Source: Utricularia gibba
Lineage: Eukaryota; Plantae; Magnoliophyta
Reading direction: 5' to 3'
NCBI GenBank assembly: GCA_002189035.1
Contig: NEEC01000004.1
Coordinates: forward strand, 1,116,001 to 1,180,000
Length of the DNA: 64,000 bases
A program made the position numbers and the translations under genes. Positions 22,860-35,759 of this stretch are shown here, piece by piece. Numbering within the stretch: position 1 is the first letter of the stretch; each line of letters opens with the position of its first letter. The notes beneath the pieces are model-generated. The model was not told where the DNA came from, did no database searches, and saw nothing but the letters and a program-made list of their open reading frames with translations.

Positions 22860-25834
22860 TCAATCATCGAGATAGTAGTATGATCCAGCAGCCTTTTGCT
22901 CCCGGTCCTTGGTGGATTCCAGTTTGTTGATTCTGGGACGATAGTTTGTGGGGTCTCTTCTGAACGTGATGTCCAAATGCTACATGCATGGATACGAGGA
23001 TAAGAGATTCAGAAACAATAAAAAGGTGACAAGGAAACGGAATAGGAGGAATGCTTACGGATAGGAAGAGGTTCATTCCAGTCAGAAGGGACTGAGGGGA
23101 ATTGGCCACACAATCTAATGAGGGTATTCCCTCGTATACGATCACTCTGTCCGCAAGGTATGTTGCCATGATGAAGTCGTGCTCCACCACGAAGGCAGTC
23201 TTCTTGGCATGGAGTATAAATCTTTTTATGACCTTTGAGGCAACAATACGCTGCTCTGAGTCAAGATAGGCACTGGGCTCATCGATTAGATATATGTCGG
23301 CAGGCTACACGCGTAGTCAAGCAAACAAAATTATGGTGAGTCCACTAATTTTGATAGCAACATTGTGTGAATCGGATGCTAACCTTTCCAAGGCAGAGAG
23401 TAAGGGCAACTCTCTGCAATTCTCCACCAGAAAGGTTCACAACCTCCTGATCCATCAGTTGCTCGATTAAGAGAGGCCTCATCACATCAGAAACAAACTG
23501 CGGATGCATGTATGAATCACGGATTTTTTGATGCAGCAATGCTCTAACAGTGGATGGAAACTTGGGACTGATTTTCTGTGGTTTGTAGGAAACATTAAAT
23601 TCGGGTATTTCCACCTCAGATCCTTCCACTGAATCAGGTTTCAGCAGGCCAGCCTAGAATTCAAACAAATGGTAAGTTAACGAATTTATCAGATCATGAA
23701 CTCTCAACTGCATAAAGAGACACAGGAAACGCACCAGCATTCTTATAAAAGTTGTCTTTCCCGTCCCATTCTCACCAAGCATCACAACAATTTGTGAATC
23801 GGTGAATTCTCCCTCCATGACCTTGAGTTTGAAATTACCCTGAGTTTTGGACATGGTTGGATACTTATATCTAGCGTATGTCTCAACATCTTCAGCACTT
23901 TCTTGCACTGTTTCAGCAACCTGGAAAAGAATATTCCATCAATGGAAAACAAATGGGTCAATAATAAGCCATGACAGTGGTAAATTTACCTTGAAAGTGA
24001 GAGATTCATCACGGAACCTAAGATTCTCGGTGGGGACAAATCCAGCAAGAAATATATTAATTCCTTCTCTTACTGAAAAGGGAAGAGTCACCACACCATA
24101 CACACCAGGTTTCCCGTAGAGGCAGCAGATGAAATCAGATAAATAATCAAGGACGCTAAGATCGTGCTCAACAACGATTACATAACTGAAAAGGGATTGG
24201 ACAGCAAATATTCAAGTGAACAACAGAAAAAAACAGTACATGATAAATCAGCTGAATATTACAAGGAATACGAACCTATTAGGCCGAAGCAAAGATCTGA
24301 TAACCTGGGCGGCTTTAAGCCTCTGCTTCACATCAAGATAACTTGATGGTTCATCAAACATATAGATCTCCGCATTCTGTATAGCAACAACAGCTATAGC
24401 AAATCTCTGAAGTTCTCCTCCAGACAGATCACCAACATTTCGGTCCATAACCTGATTGAGCTCAAGATCATTCCCAAGTTCTCCCTTCATATTCTTTTCA
24501 TCCTTTTGTTCAAGAACTTGACCAACATTTCCTTGAACAGCCTTGGGGATGTGGTCAACATATTGTGGCTTTATGATAGCCTGTTTAATGTAAAACCACA
24601 CATGAACTTAAAAACAATGAATAGAGAAAATTGAAATATAAAACAGGTACCATGTACCATAAACAGTCCCGAAACCATGTTAATGCATGAAACCTAGACC
24701 CAGTTATAGACAATCAGAAGTAAACCCAACAGCCATGTTCCTTATAAGGCCAAAACCGTAACTGGGTTGGCCATAAACCCAATTTAAGCTGCTGTCTTTT
24801 CTAGATAAACTTCGTTCTAAAAACTCATTATAGCAAGTTACCTTCAAATTATCTTCCAAAATGCGAGTAAAGTAATTTTGCAACTCAGAGCCTCGAAAAT
24901 AGGTCAATATCTCCTGCCAGTCAGGAGGATTCTGCAAGAAATTTGTTGTCATGCATGAAAGATGAGTAATACGCTAGAGGTGAAGATACAAAAATCCCAT
25001 TACGCAGAAGTAAAGTTACATTAAAGCGGCCCAAGTTAGGTTTCAGTTTCCCAGCCAAAACTTTCAGGGCAGTTGATTTCCCAATACCGTTGGTCCCAAC
25101 CAATCCAAGAACTTGGCCAGGTCTTGGAACCGGTAATCTGTAGAAAAACATGTATGACGAAATTGAAGGAGAATCTGACGCCAGTTTTAATAAACACAAG
25201 TTAAATGCAACCTGTGCAATTTAAATGTGTTGGGACCATAACGATGAGTTGTGTCCTTCTCTAAATCTTTCGGTAAATTGATAATTTGAATTGCTTCAAA
25301 TGGGCATTTCTGAAATAATAAGCGAAAGTAAGAGGACCAGTGTGCCATCATATACGACAGAACATAAAGATTGTGTAACTTTCAGGTCAAGATAAGCTAA
25401 CCTTGACGCAAATACCACATCCAATGCACAATTCCTCGGATATGAAGGCAATTTTGTCTGCAGGGGTTACTTCAATGCAGAGTTTTCCTGACGGTGACAA
25501 ATTTAACTAGTTAATTAAGCTTCAGGACCTCACTGGTAATGCCACTATCTCCCCAAATAACCACCCCCAAGACAAACAGGCACCGTGAAGTTCAAATAGA
25601 TTCCAATACAAACTCCACTTGCACTTAGAAAATATAAACTTGCACACAAATCGAAAGTTTGCATTTTAGAGTCCATATATCCTCAAGCATTTAGCCCTGG
25701 AAACATGCGCCAAGAAATACATACGTACCAGTTTTGACAACAGGGCAACTCTTTTTGCACTCCTGACGACATTTTTTAGGTTTGCACTTGTCCGAACTCA
25801 CGATAGCAATACGCGTCAACCTCTGATCCGACAT
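22860..25834 (-). CDS. ABCE2: ABC transporter E family / RNase L inhibitor (ribosome recycling factor)
   Basis: [31 protein letters not shown] Fe-S domain, two Walker A motifs ([18 protein letters not shown]), LSGGELQRF / LSGGELQRV signatures, DEPS Walker B motifs and C-terminus GSYYYLDD* (stop at 22860-22862). Confidence 0.97.
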
Positions 25835-26308
25835 CCCTCTCAATTCAACCGATTTCTACCAAGTTTCAGAAAAATCAGGATCCTAGTCGCGAGGTGATAG
25901 ATCCTAATCCCAGCAAAGACCCACCTGAAGTTCTGGAGAAGGAGTGCCGAGATGAGCAAGTAGAGATCGAGCGGTCGGACAGACGCTAGGGTTGAATGCC
26001 GATGCCAAATATACGCCTTTTTTAGATAAAAAAATATAATCAAATAATTTTTAATACGTGCAGACATTTTTTCAATTAAAAGCCCACGAATAGATTCAAG
26101 GCCCAGACGCTACTGTAAGGATTGGGCCGTTATTGCTGGGCGTAACAACTGAATGATGGGCCACATGGGCCGCTACCAAAGTCGCTACTCCTTTGGTTCC
26201 TCGTATGCGAATTGCGAACCGTTGAAATAATGGGAGTCTCTCACACAGATCTCCGATCAGCTGGAAGAGGTTTGGGGATTTGGTGTGCAGGCTGTACATT
26301 GATTGGAG
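25835..26308. promoter_or_regulatory. Probable bidirectional promoter between ABCE and COG6 with site II (TGGGCY) elements
   Basis: Head-to-head ATGs 475 bp apart. TGGGCY/RGCCCA hexamers at 26081, 26100, 26123, 26157 and 26166; telobox-like TAGGGTT near 25987. Confidence 0.55.
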
Positions 26309-29300
26309 ATGGGGAGCGCCACCGCGTTGGCGCCGGGGCTATCGCGGAAGTTGAAGAAGGTATCGGAGACGCGCACAGACGCTGTCGATCTGCTAGCATC
26401 GCTCAATACGCTCTCGACATTCTACACGGAGAACACTGCACAGGCTCGCCGCAATCTGCGATCCACCATAGAGAAACGTGGTTTATCCGTGAATGAGGAG
26501 TTCCTCGCTGCATCTTCTTCTGCACAACAGGTGCACCGACTAAACAGTTTGGTTCGGTTCCCATTGGATTTTTGGTTCTAAAGTAATGGTGATGAATTTG
26601 ATTGGTTTTTAGGCGTTAGATCAGGTTGAGGAAGAGGTCAACGCTCTAGCAGCAAGCTGTGATATGTAAGAACTCTGCTCTCTTCTCTTTATCTCCGTCT
26701 TTGGTGTGCCTAGTTCTATGGATTTATTCAATCTAAGCATCAATTTTACTTTTTTATGATTGGTTTTCCTTGCATTGAATACAAATTATGATTGCTGGAC
26801 TACATCCTCGAAAATTCTTATTGTAGGATTGCAAAAGTTTTAGGCGAGTGTAACGCAAACACTGGTGATATTATTAGCACCACAGAGAGGCTCAAACAAG
26901 AGCTTGAAACTACCACGCAGAGGCAAGAAATAGTGTCATGCTTTCTACGTGACTATCAGCTCTCGAATGATGAGGTGCCGTGTGTCATGCCCTCGGCATT
27001 CAATTTGTTACTTATCATTTTTCCGTCGGCTCGCTTTCAAATATGTCGAGTTCAAAAACCCAAACCTTAACTGTCACTCTTCTTTTTTCTAGATAAAGGC
27101 TTTGCGGGAGGAAGATTTGAGTGAGAACTTTTTCAAGGCTCTTGCTCATGTTCATGACATCCATGCTAACTGCAAAGTACTCCTAAGGACACACCACCAG
27201 GTTCATCTTCATTGATTTGCAGAATTTGTTATTAGAGCAAACCATTTATCAACTATTTTTTTCTCTAGATAATTACAGAAAACTATTGAATTTTCATTCT
27301 TTATCAATATGATATGTTGAACAGCTGTCGCATAGCTCTTCTATTCAAACATTCTACTATTCATATGCTTAGCATTCAATAGGATGTCTTCCACTAAAGT
27401 ATGTGTGATTCATCAAAAAAGCTTTTTGCAGCGGGCTGGTTTGGACTTAATGGATATGATGGCAGTATACCAAGAAGGCGCATATGAGAGGCTTTGCAGG
27501 TGAGTCTCTAGTTTCAATAATGGATTAGTTTTGTGTGTGTCATAATTGTGGTAGACAGTTTTTGAATAATCTTGTATTCTAATTTTACAGTTTAATTAAA
27601 TGGTTTCAACATTTGGATTTTTTGCACCTGTGTTCTAGGTGGGTACAAGCTGAGTGTGCGAGACTTGGCGATCAGGATAATCCTGAAGTCAGTGAACTGT
27701 TAAAAACTGCTGTCCGATGCCTTATGGCAAGACCAGTTCTCTTCAAGTACTGTGCTGAAGAGGTAGTTCAGTTAAATTTTTGCTCATTATCTAAATTCTC
27801 TTATACTGGTTTTTCTAATCTTCAGGTGGCGAATATGAGACACAATACTCTCTTTAGAAGATTTATTGGAGCCCTGACCCGTGGAGGTCCAGGTGGGCTG
27901 CCCAGGCCGATTGAGGTTCATGCTCACGACCCATTAAGATATGCTGGTGACATGCTGGGATGGCTACATCAGGTTTTTTTTTTTAATTTCAATTTTCATT
28001 TCTCGCCAGAGATTTGTCTTTGTTTCCAGGTTATGGTGACATTGTAATGTTTTGACCCCTGATCCTGTGTTGAAGGCGTTGGCATCAGAAAGAGAACTGG
28101 TTCTTGCGTTGCTTTATCCTGATGCTAACGCTGAAACTGGAGCTATTGCCACAAGATTTTCCCGGATCCCAGAGCATGATGATATAAAAGCCGATCCAGA
28201 GTTAAAATTTGTTCTAGGTCGGATCTTTGAAGGAGTTTGCCGGCCATTTAAAATACGGGTGGAGCAAGTTTTACAGTCACAACCTAATTTTATCGTCTCA
28301 TATAAACTTACTAATACTCTGGAGTTCTACAGCCACACTGTGAGTTAATCAGCCCATGCATTAAGAATTGGAAGTGTTTCTTATTCCTTTTGGTTGATTT
28401 GGTTGAGCCATTTCAGTTTCATACTGACAGATATCTGATCTTCTTGGAAGCGAGACAGCTCTGTGGAACACACTTTTAGGCCTCAAGGATGCTGCTCAAA
28501 AAACTTTTTTTGATATGTTGAGAACCCGTGGGGAGAAGCTTTTACGATATCCTCCTTTAGTTGCTGCTGATCTTTCTCCACCTCCAGCATTAAAGGAAGG
28601 TGTATCCATGCTCCTGGAGCTGATTGAGACATACGACACTATGATGGTCTCCGTCTCCGCAAGGAAGCCAGCATTTGAACCCGTCATATCTGCTCTGCTC
28701 GATCCTATTATTCAGGTTCACTTTCTGATCGCACATATCCACTGCCTTTTACTACTATTTGATTCTGTAGAGATATTTTTACTGATATTGCATTTTTCAT
28801 GAAGAAGTTGGTTGAATTTCGACTTATTTCTGTGATTGGATTTGGAGTCTTATTTTGCATCTGTCCTAATTGTTTTGCTAGATGTGTGAACAAGCAGCTG
28901 AGGCGCACAAGTCAAAGGGAGTTGTGCAGCCATCCAGGAGAAACAGAACCACTTCAGATGCTGCTCAGCTCCGCAGGTCATCCATTGATGCTATTTTGGA
29001 TAACGGCACTGCTCTTCCCTCCCAGGTACATATTCTGCCTCGAGGTATAATCATTGTACCGTTTCAGAACTTCTAAAGGGTAAAACTTTCATCACAGACA
29101 CGCGAAACACCCTCCAGGATATTTCTGATCAATTGCTTATGCGCCATCCGACAACCACTATTTGGTCACGAAGTTGCATCCAGGTACGTGGACAAGCTTG
29201 GCTCTATGATAGAGCACCACATCCATGGCCTGATCGAGTCAGAGCTTGAAGCTATACTGCAAAGATGTGGGTTGTCAAACAAGATGCCCCTTTTCCATGA

Positions 29301-29613
29301 TTCTCTCAAGGAACTCGAATCAGGCTCTTCGATCCCACTTGCCGAGAGAGATGATACCGCCCCAGCTGCCCTCTCGGAGTGTCTGAAGACGTTCTTTGGG
29401 CTGATACTGGGAAGCGGGAACACTCTTCCCGAATTCGAGCTGATGCAAGTCCCCAGCCTTCGGTCGGAAGCATGCCAGCGCCTGGCCAAGTCCATTGCGG
29501 ACTCGTATGAAGTCATCTACAAGGCAATAGTGGAGCCAGGGAACAGGTACCCAGACCCGAGATCACTTGCTAGACACCCTCCTAATCAGATTAGAACCAT
29601 TTTAGGGATCTGA
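26309..29613 (+). CDS. COG6: Conserved oligomeric Golgi complex subunit 6
   Basis: MGS.TALAPGLSRKLKKV.E.RTD..DLL.SL.TLS.FY.ENT..ARRNLRSTIEKRGL, ALTRGGPGGLPRPIEVHAHDPLRY.GDMLGWLHQALASEREL, FEGVCRPFK.RVEQVLQSQP and C-terminus LARHPPNQIRTILGI*. Confidence 0.95.
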
Positions 29614-30227
29614 AATACAACTTTGAAGGCACACCACCCTCATTTCATCTTCTTCCTTCCAGAAGCATACTTGTTCTACAAATCATGTATCCATCATTCA
29701 TTCGAGCTTGAAGATCATCCAATGCTTTGCTTTATGAGGAAGTACATGTGCATGTCAAGTAGAGTTCTGACCGGTTATGAATAGAATGGTTTTTTCGAAC
29801 CGTGGGTTCATAAATCATCAACTTCAATTCTAGTTTTGATTCGAAATTGGATATTTAAACATTGAACTTGAATCGGAATCGAATTGTATGGTTTTGATTC
29901 AAAATCAGATTCGAAAATGTTGAATCAAATTGAAATCAGAATTGTATAGTTTTTTTAGAAATTACTTCCTAGGTTTCTACCTATAAAACACATTGTTGAT
30001 TTTAGAGTGTTTTTTAAATTATTATAATGATTGTTAATTATGTATAAAACCTATACTGAAAATAAAGAATATTTATTAAGTACCAATATAAACTATTGAA
30101 GGTATGTAAGAAAAATATTATTTTTTTAAATATTTTTTCAAACTTTCATAATTACATGTGAACTCTAATGGCAAGCCACCTGCCCGTGGTTTCACATTGA
30201 AAGAAAGTGTTTCATCACGAGGATTAA

Positions 30228-31928
30228 TTAGAACTTCTGAATATCACATTCAGGAACAAAGATGCCGTGAAAGCCGTAGGGGACACGGCTGGGAAGCCCC
30301 ACGACGCCGACTACATCAAGTTCCGGTGACTTGGCATCCATCACCAAGAATCTTGATTCACCGCTTGTTTCGTCATGGACGTAAACCACGAGGTATCCAT
30401 CGTCTTCCCCAGTGATAGTCTTCGGGTTTTCGGGTGAGCGGGGCACGAAAATGGCCTCCCCGGCGAAGCAAGACTGCCCGAAATGTCGCCTGCCGACCAC
30501 GCAATCACTAGACAGCGAGATGTCCAGCTTCACTATGCCGGAGAATTTCGGCATCGGATCTCCGATTGCCGCGTAGGCATACCTTATTCGAAAATTTCGG
30601 CATCGGATCATTGTCCATTTTGTGTTGAAAAGGGATGGGGTTCGTCGTTCATACCTGTTCTTTTGTCCGACGAATGCGTCGTTAATAACTGCAAATTCGA
30701 GGTTCATGGGGGAGAGCCGGCGACGAACCACAGTACCTTGCCGGAGATCTATCGTCACCATCTCCATGGAAGATTTTGGATCCAAATCCTCGAGCGCGTT
30801 CTCAATAGAGAGAATGTTGGGGCCAACCATTACTACAGTATCGCCGTCATCCTCGTCCCAAGCATTTGCTGTGTGGATAAGATTTAACCCCGCCGCCTCA
30901 AACCACCGCATCTCCGATTCATTCGCCGCGTATCTTGGTATAATTCCAATTCGGGAAACTTTCCCGGCGTTCGCAGTCACTATTGCATCGCCGTTCACGA
31001 TCCCGACGGGGTTGATTAGGAATTGGTTCTCGTTGAAAATCGCGTATCTTTCAGTGATCGCGAAGTCGTGTAGGAAACAGGGATCTTTAAAAGAGAAAAT
31101 TGGTACGTCGGGCTGTTTTTCTCCAAGGGGGTTTATTCTGAAGAACGTCACAAATGGCGGAATCGGGCTGTATCTGAAACAGAACGTCTCCCCTGTTTTG
31201 GGGTCAGTTTTCGGGTGCGCCGTGAAGTTCGCAGAGAGTTTGCCGGCGAAATCGTGGCGGCCGAGAGTGTCTATCTCGCCGTTGGATTGGATTTCAATGG
31301 CGTAGGGGAGATCGGATTCGCCTAACGCGTAGGGCTTCCCCCCGATAAGTGCCAAACTCGTATTCGCCACTCCGATACCGTTTTCAGGATTATACTCCCC
31401 GGCGATCATCCTGGCCAAGGTGACTGCCCCACGGGCAGCCAATGAAGAGAGACTGGTGATGCCAGAAAATACACTGTGAAAAACAGAGTGTCCCTTCTCC
31501 TTTTCCACTTGATACTTGTAAGTTCTCACAAAGCGGCTACAGAATCTAGCATTTCCACCGGAGATGGTGATCGCGTGAAGCATTCCGTCGCCGTCGAACA
31601 CATGGTACGGGCCTCGGGGAAGGAACTGTGGATTGGGGCCGTTGCGTATATACGTGCCATCGAGCGAGGAGGGCAGGGTCCCTTCTATCACGAAGCATTC
31701 GGTAGGCGGAAGCTCATCCACCGGAGCAAAGTTCCCGGCAAGAACGTGTTTAGGGTCCAAGCAGCGCTTCCGGGGTGGATCAATGAAGGTGTCAATGAAA
31801 TGATCCGCCGCCCTGAAAATTGACCCCAGGAGAGAAGGCGGATGCGGTGGCTTGCGGCGGAGGTTTGCATGCTGAGCGTTGGTCAGAAAACAGTGTTGTG
31901 AAGCGGCGGCTAATGCAAAAAAAGGCAT
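30228..31928 (-). CDS. CCD4: CCD4-like carotenoid cleavage dioxygenase, copy 1 (542 aa; intron 30583-30654)
   Basis: IDPP..DP..VLAGNFAPVDELPPT.C, YIRNGPNPQ.LPRGPYH.FDGDGM, GESDLPY, and all four Fe-ligand His motifs (TAHPK, FLHDF, IH..NAW, YGFHG). ATG at 31928; the ORF-track start at 32021 is a GTG. Confidence 0.93.
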   Translation of the reverse strand: MPFFALAAASQHCFLTNAQHANLRRKPPHPPSLLGSIFRAADHFIDTFIDPPRKRCLDPKHVLAGNFAPVDELPPTECFVIEGTLPSSLDGTYIRNGPNPQFLPRGPYHVFDGDGMLHAITISGGNARFCSRFVRTYKYQVEKEKGHSVFHSVFSGITSLSSLAARGAVTLARMIAGEYNPENGIGVANTSLALIGGKPYALGESDLPYAIEIQSNGEIDTLGRHDFAGKLSANFTAHPKTDPKTGETFCFRYSPIPPFVTFFRINPLGEKQPDVPIFSFKDPCFLHDFAITERYAIFNENQFLINPVGIVNGDAIVTANAGKVSRIGIIPRYAANESEMRWFEAAGLNLIHTANAWDEDDGDTVVMVGPNILSIENALEDLDPKSSMEMVTIDLRQGTVVRRRLSPMNLEFAVINDAFVGQKNRYERRTPSLFNTKWTMIRCRNFRIRYAYAAIGDPMPKFSGIVKLDISLSSDCVVGRRHFGQSCFAGEAIFVPRSPENPKTITGEDDGYLVVYVHDETSGESRFLVMDAKSPELDVVGVVGLPSRVPYGFHGIFVPECDIQKF

Positions 31929-32886
31929 CCCCGGAAAGTGTAGCAGAAGGAAGCTCCGGTGACACAAGGCACCACCATCTCCTGGCTCCCTTCCTCTATT
32001 TGTAGGCGAGCTATTCAACACTACTCACCGCCTGATTCACCTGCAAATCCAGATCCAATCCATTCGAGACCTAAAGAAGAAACCCTGCAATTTTCTTTAT
32101 ATGTGGTCTTGAAAACAAAACCAGGTTTGGGAGTATGTGGTGTAAGGTTAGTTTATGTAACATATGTTTTTGTTTACTGAAAAGTAATATTTAACATCAT
32201 ATATTAATTATCAAGATGGTTTAGTCATTGATTTATAATGTAATATCAATTTTATGTTACAAATTGATTTAACTAATTCTATAATATAATAATATAAAAT
32301 CATTATTTGTCTATAAAATTATTATATATTATTAATAAATAAAAAGACATACACTTTCAATAATCCTACATATGTTAAATTGATTTATTATTTGCTTGAG
32401 AGGTTACTCTTGTTTATCCAAATGGTATAACTGATCCTTAAATTATTAATGTTTTTATTGCAAAATAAAAAAAATAAATCTCTAATGTTTAGAAATTGAG
32501 CAAAATTGATCCCAAATGTTTTATTAATTGACATTTTATTTTTTAAAATGACAAAATTAATCCTCATAATCAAACCCTAATTTTTCCCAAATTTAAACCA
32601 TCATACCAAACAACTCCTAACCTAACCTGCTCTTTGTAATGGATTGGAACACAGACCCCATCAAAACAAATCCAGACTTGAATGAAGAAAACCTACACTG
32701 TTCCTTTACACCTGATTTTCTTAGATTATCAATGAATGCCACGTGTTCAGACCATAATATCGGACGAGTGGGATTTTTTCATACAAAAAAATATCAGAAA
32801 AATAATGTATTCCTTGATTTAGATAAGGAGTCAGCTTGAATTGGCTTGCATTCCCCAACATCATTGCAGCAAAAAATATTTTAATA

Positions 32887-33065
32887 AGTCTTCCAGCGAA
32901 GCAAGGCGCCCAATAATCTGAGTTTGTTTTTTCAAGGGACATGGGCCTGGGCCCGGACAGGGCCCACAGCATTGTTCTAAGATACCAAGGCGCCCAATAA
33001 TAGAAGACCAGGTAAAGTTTTTTTTATTCATTGTCGGGGGTAAAAGAGTCTTCCAGCGAAGCAAG
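32887..33065. repeat. Interleaved short direct repeats
   Basis: AGTCTTCCAGCGAAGCAAG at 32887-32905 and 33047-33065; CAAGGCGCCCAATAAT at 32902-32917 and 32986-33001. Confidence 0.8.
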
Positions 33066-33896
33066 CTGACCAAAAGTGTCGGTGGCATATGAAATATCGT
33101 TGTATGTGAAATAATGTGTTGTTTATATATATAGTATAAATTGATATGCAATAATATGAATTAAATATTTTAATAATTTTTTTATTAAATTACCATTCAT
33201 ATAAAACACATTAATATTGTTTATTTTGACATAAATTAATTCTATCGTATTTAATAGTGCATAAATTAAATGTTATTATATCAAGTGGGTCTGTTTTGTA
33301 TCTATTAAAAATATGGTCATCCCATTTCATTGTGTGAAAAAGTAATTAATCTTAATTAAAAAATTGTGCGAGTATGAGAGGGAATAAGAGGTGTCCACAT
33401 TTGTAATTGATCCGTCATTATTATAAAATGATATAAAGTTACAATTTTAAATGTATGTAGATTAACAAACACTAAAAACATTATATTTTTAAGGTGGAAA
33501 TATTTGTTTTGGATAGTATTTGCTATTTTAGAAAGCAATATTTATTATTTTTCTTGATTACTATTTTTCAGTTTACTCCATGTTTCCAATTTTCTACTAC
33601 ATAGAGCATCTTTACTTATTTCTGGAAATGATAATATAGCATTCCCGAAAATGAGATAAATGATTTCAGAAATGAATAAAATTATTTTTCATTTTTTTAG
33701 AAAACGGAAATAAAGAAACTATGTTTATTTTCGTAAATGATTTAAAATGTAGTTTAAAATTTTTATTTTAATATTATGATTTTTGAAAATAAATACAAAT
33801 TAAAATTAAACTAAAATAAATTAAAAAATTGAAAATGAAATATGAGTATTTCCTGAAATTGATAAATATGCTATTATAAATGGCCGCACATGGGGA

Positions 33897-35706
33897 TTAT
33901 AATTTTTTGAGATCACGTTCAGGAACGAAGATGCCGTGAAAGCCGTAGGGGACCCGGTGGGGTAGTCGCACGGTGGCGACTATATCAAGCTCGGGTGACG
34001 CTGCATCCATCACCACGAATCTCGACTCTCCGCTTTTTTCGTCATGCACATACACTACAAGATGCCCGTCGTCCTCCGCCGCATTCGGATTTTCGGGGCA
34101 TCGGGGGACGAAAATAGGCTCGCCGGAGAAGCGACCCGGCCCGAAATCGCGGCTAACAGCTACACAGTCACGGCCACCATCCTCCTTCATCAGTGAGAGG
34201 TCGAGTTTCACCACGCCGGACATTCTCGGGAACGGATCTCCGATGGCCGCGTACACATACCTTCGTTATTCACACACACTTCTCAATTAAAAAATAAAAA
34301 TAAAAAAACACTATCGGTTAGCCTACTGACGAACAAGTTGGAGAATTATTACAAAAAATAATATTATTAGAACAAAAAAAAGCAATTGGACACAAAAAAT
34401 CGATTACGTACCGATTTTGCCGACCGACAAACGCCGGGTTGATCACCATGAACTCTATGTTCATGACGGACACTAGACAGCGAGCCACCGTGCCCCGCCG
34501 GAGATCGATTTTCACCATCACAGTCGCAGTTTGCAGGAGTTCCATGTCTTCAAGGGCGTGCTCGATACCTAATATATTAGGGGCCAAAATGACAACAACA
34601 TTACCGCCATCCTCTTCCCAGGCATTCGTGAAGTGAATGAAGTTCAGCCTCGGGGTCTCGAACCACCGCATCTCTGATTCGTCTGTCGCGTATCTGGGAA
34701 TAATTCCGATGCGAGGAACTTTTGAGGTTTTCGCCGCCACCATAGCGCCGCCGTTCACGATCCCGATAGGGTTCACTACGATTTGGTTCTCGTTGAAAAT
34801 TGCGTATTTTTTGGTGATCGCGAAGTCGTGTAAAAAGCAGGGGTCTTTGAAGGAGAAGATTGGAACATCCGGCTGCTTTTCCCCGTCGGGGTTGATTCTG
34901 AAAAAGGTTGAAAATGGCTGAATTTGACCGTACCGGAAGGAAAATGTTTCTCCAGTGACCGGGTCGGTTTTCGGGTGCGCTGTCATGCTCCCGGAGAGCT
35001 TCCCGTCGAAATCGTGGCGTCCGAGAGTGTGTATCTCGCCGTCAGATGCGATTTTAATGGCGTAAGGAAGATCCGATTCGCCTAAGGCAAACAACTTTCC
35101 GGCGACCATTGCCAAACTAGTATTGGCCAAGCCGATGCCGCGACCCAGATCATGTTCCCCGGAGATAATCCGTGCCACGCAGAGAGCTCCACGAGCCGCC
35201 AGTCCTGGTAAACTAGTGAAGCCGGAGAACAAACTATGAAAAACAGAGTGCCCCTTTTCTTTCTCCACCTGATATTTGTAAGTTTTCACAAAACGGCTAC
35301 AGAAAATGGCTTTCCCACCAGAAATCGTGATCGCGTGTAGCATACCGTCCCCGTCGAACAGATGGTACGGGCCGCGGGGAAGATAGTGTGGATTTGGGCC
35401 GTTTCGGATATACGCGCCATCGAGGGAGCTGGGCAAAGCGCCGTAGATGACCGAGCATTCTGTCGGCTGGATCTCGCCCACCGGAGAAAAGTTCCCGGCA
35501 AGGATGCGCTTGGGGTCTCTGATGGGATTCCGGGGAGGATCAATGAAGGTGTCGATTAAATGATCCGCCACCGTGAAAAGTACTGCTGCCAGAGACGGCG
35601 ACGCCGCCCCTGGTTTTAGCTGTGTCGGGGTGGTTTGCCGATGGGTTTGAGGAGAGAGAGCCCTGTAAGGTGGGAGAGATTTAGAAGATAACGCTAAAAA
35701 AGCCAT
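33897..35706 (-). CDS. CCD4: CCD4-like dioxygenase, copy 2 (552 aa; intron 34261-34411)
   Basis: Same motifs and four His ligands; phase-2 GT-AG intron at NR/YVY restores the frame. ATG of MAFLAL at 35706. Confidence 0.93.
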
Positions 35707-35759
35707 GGCCGGAAGTGCAGAAACCTCCGGTGGATACAGACCCCTTTTCCATCTCATAT

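Noticed and set aside
30483-31823. Long plus-strand ORFs over CCD4 (and similar ones over WRKY, GLR and the cyclin)
   Set aside because: Antisense or alternate-frame shadows of GC-rich coding sequence with no recognisable domains.
31929-32021. N-terminal extensions of CCD4 copies, the cyclin and WRKY in the ORF track
   Set aside because: Most begin at GTG/TTG. The in-frame ATG at 35757 abuts the TATA box and probably lies upstream of the transcription start.
32640-33045. LTR-like termini (CCCCAACA at 32860, TGTCGGGGG at 33032)
   Set aside because: The orientation does not enclose an element and no matching 5-bp TSD was found.
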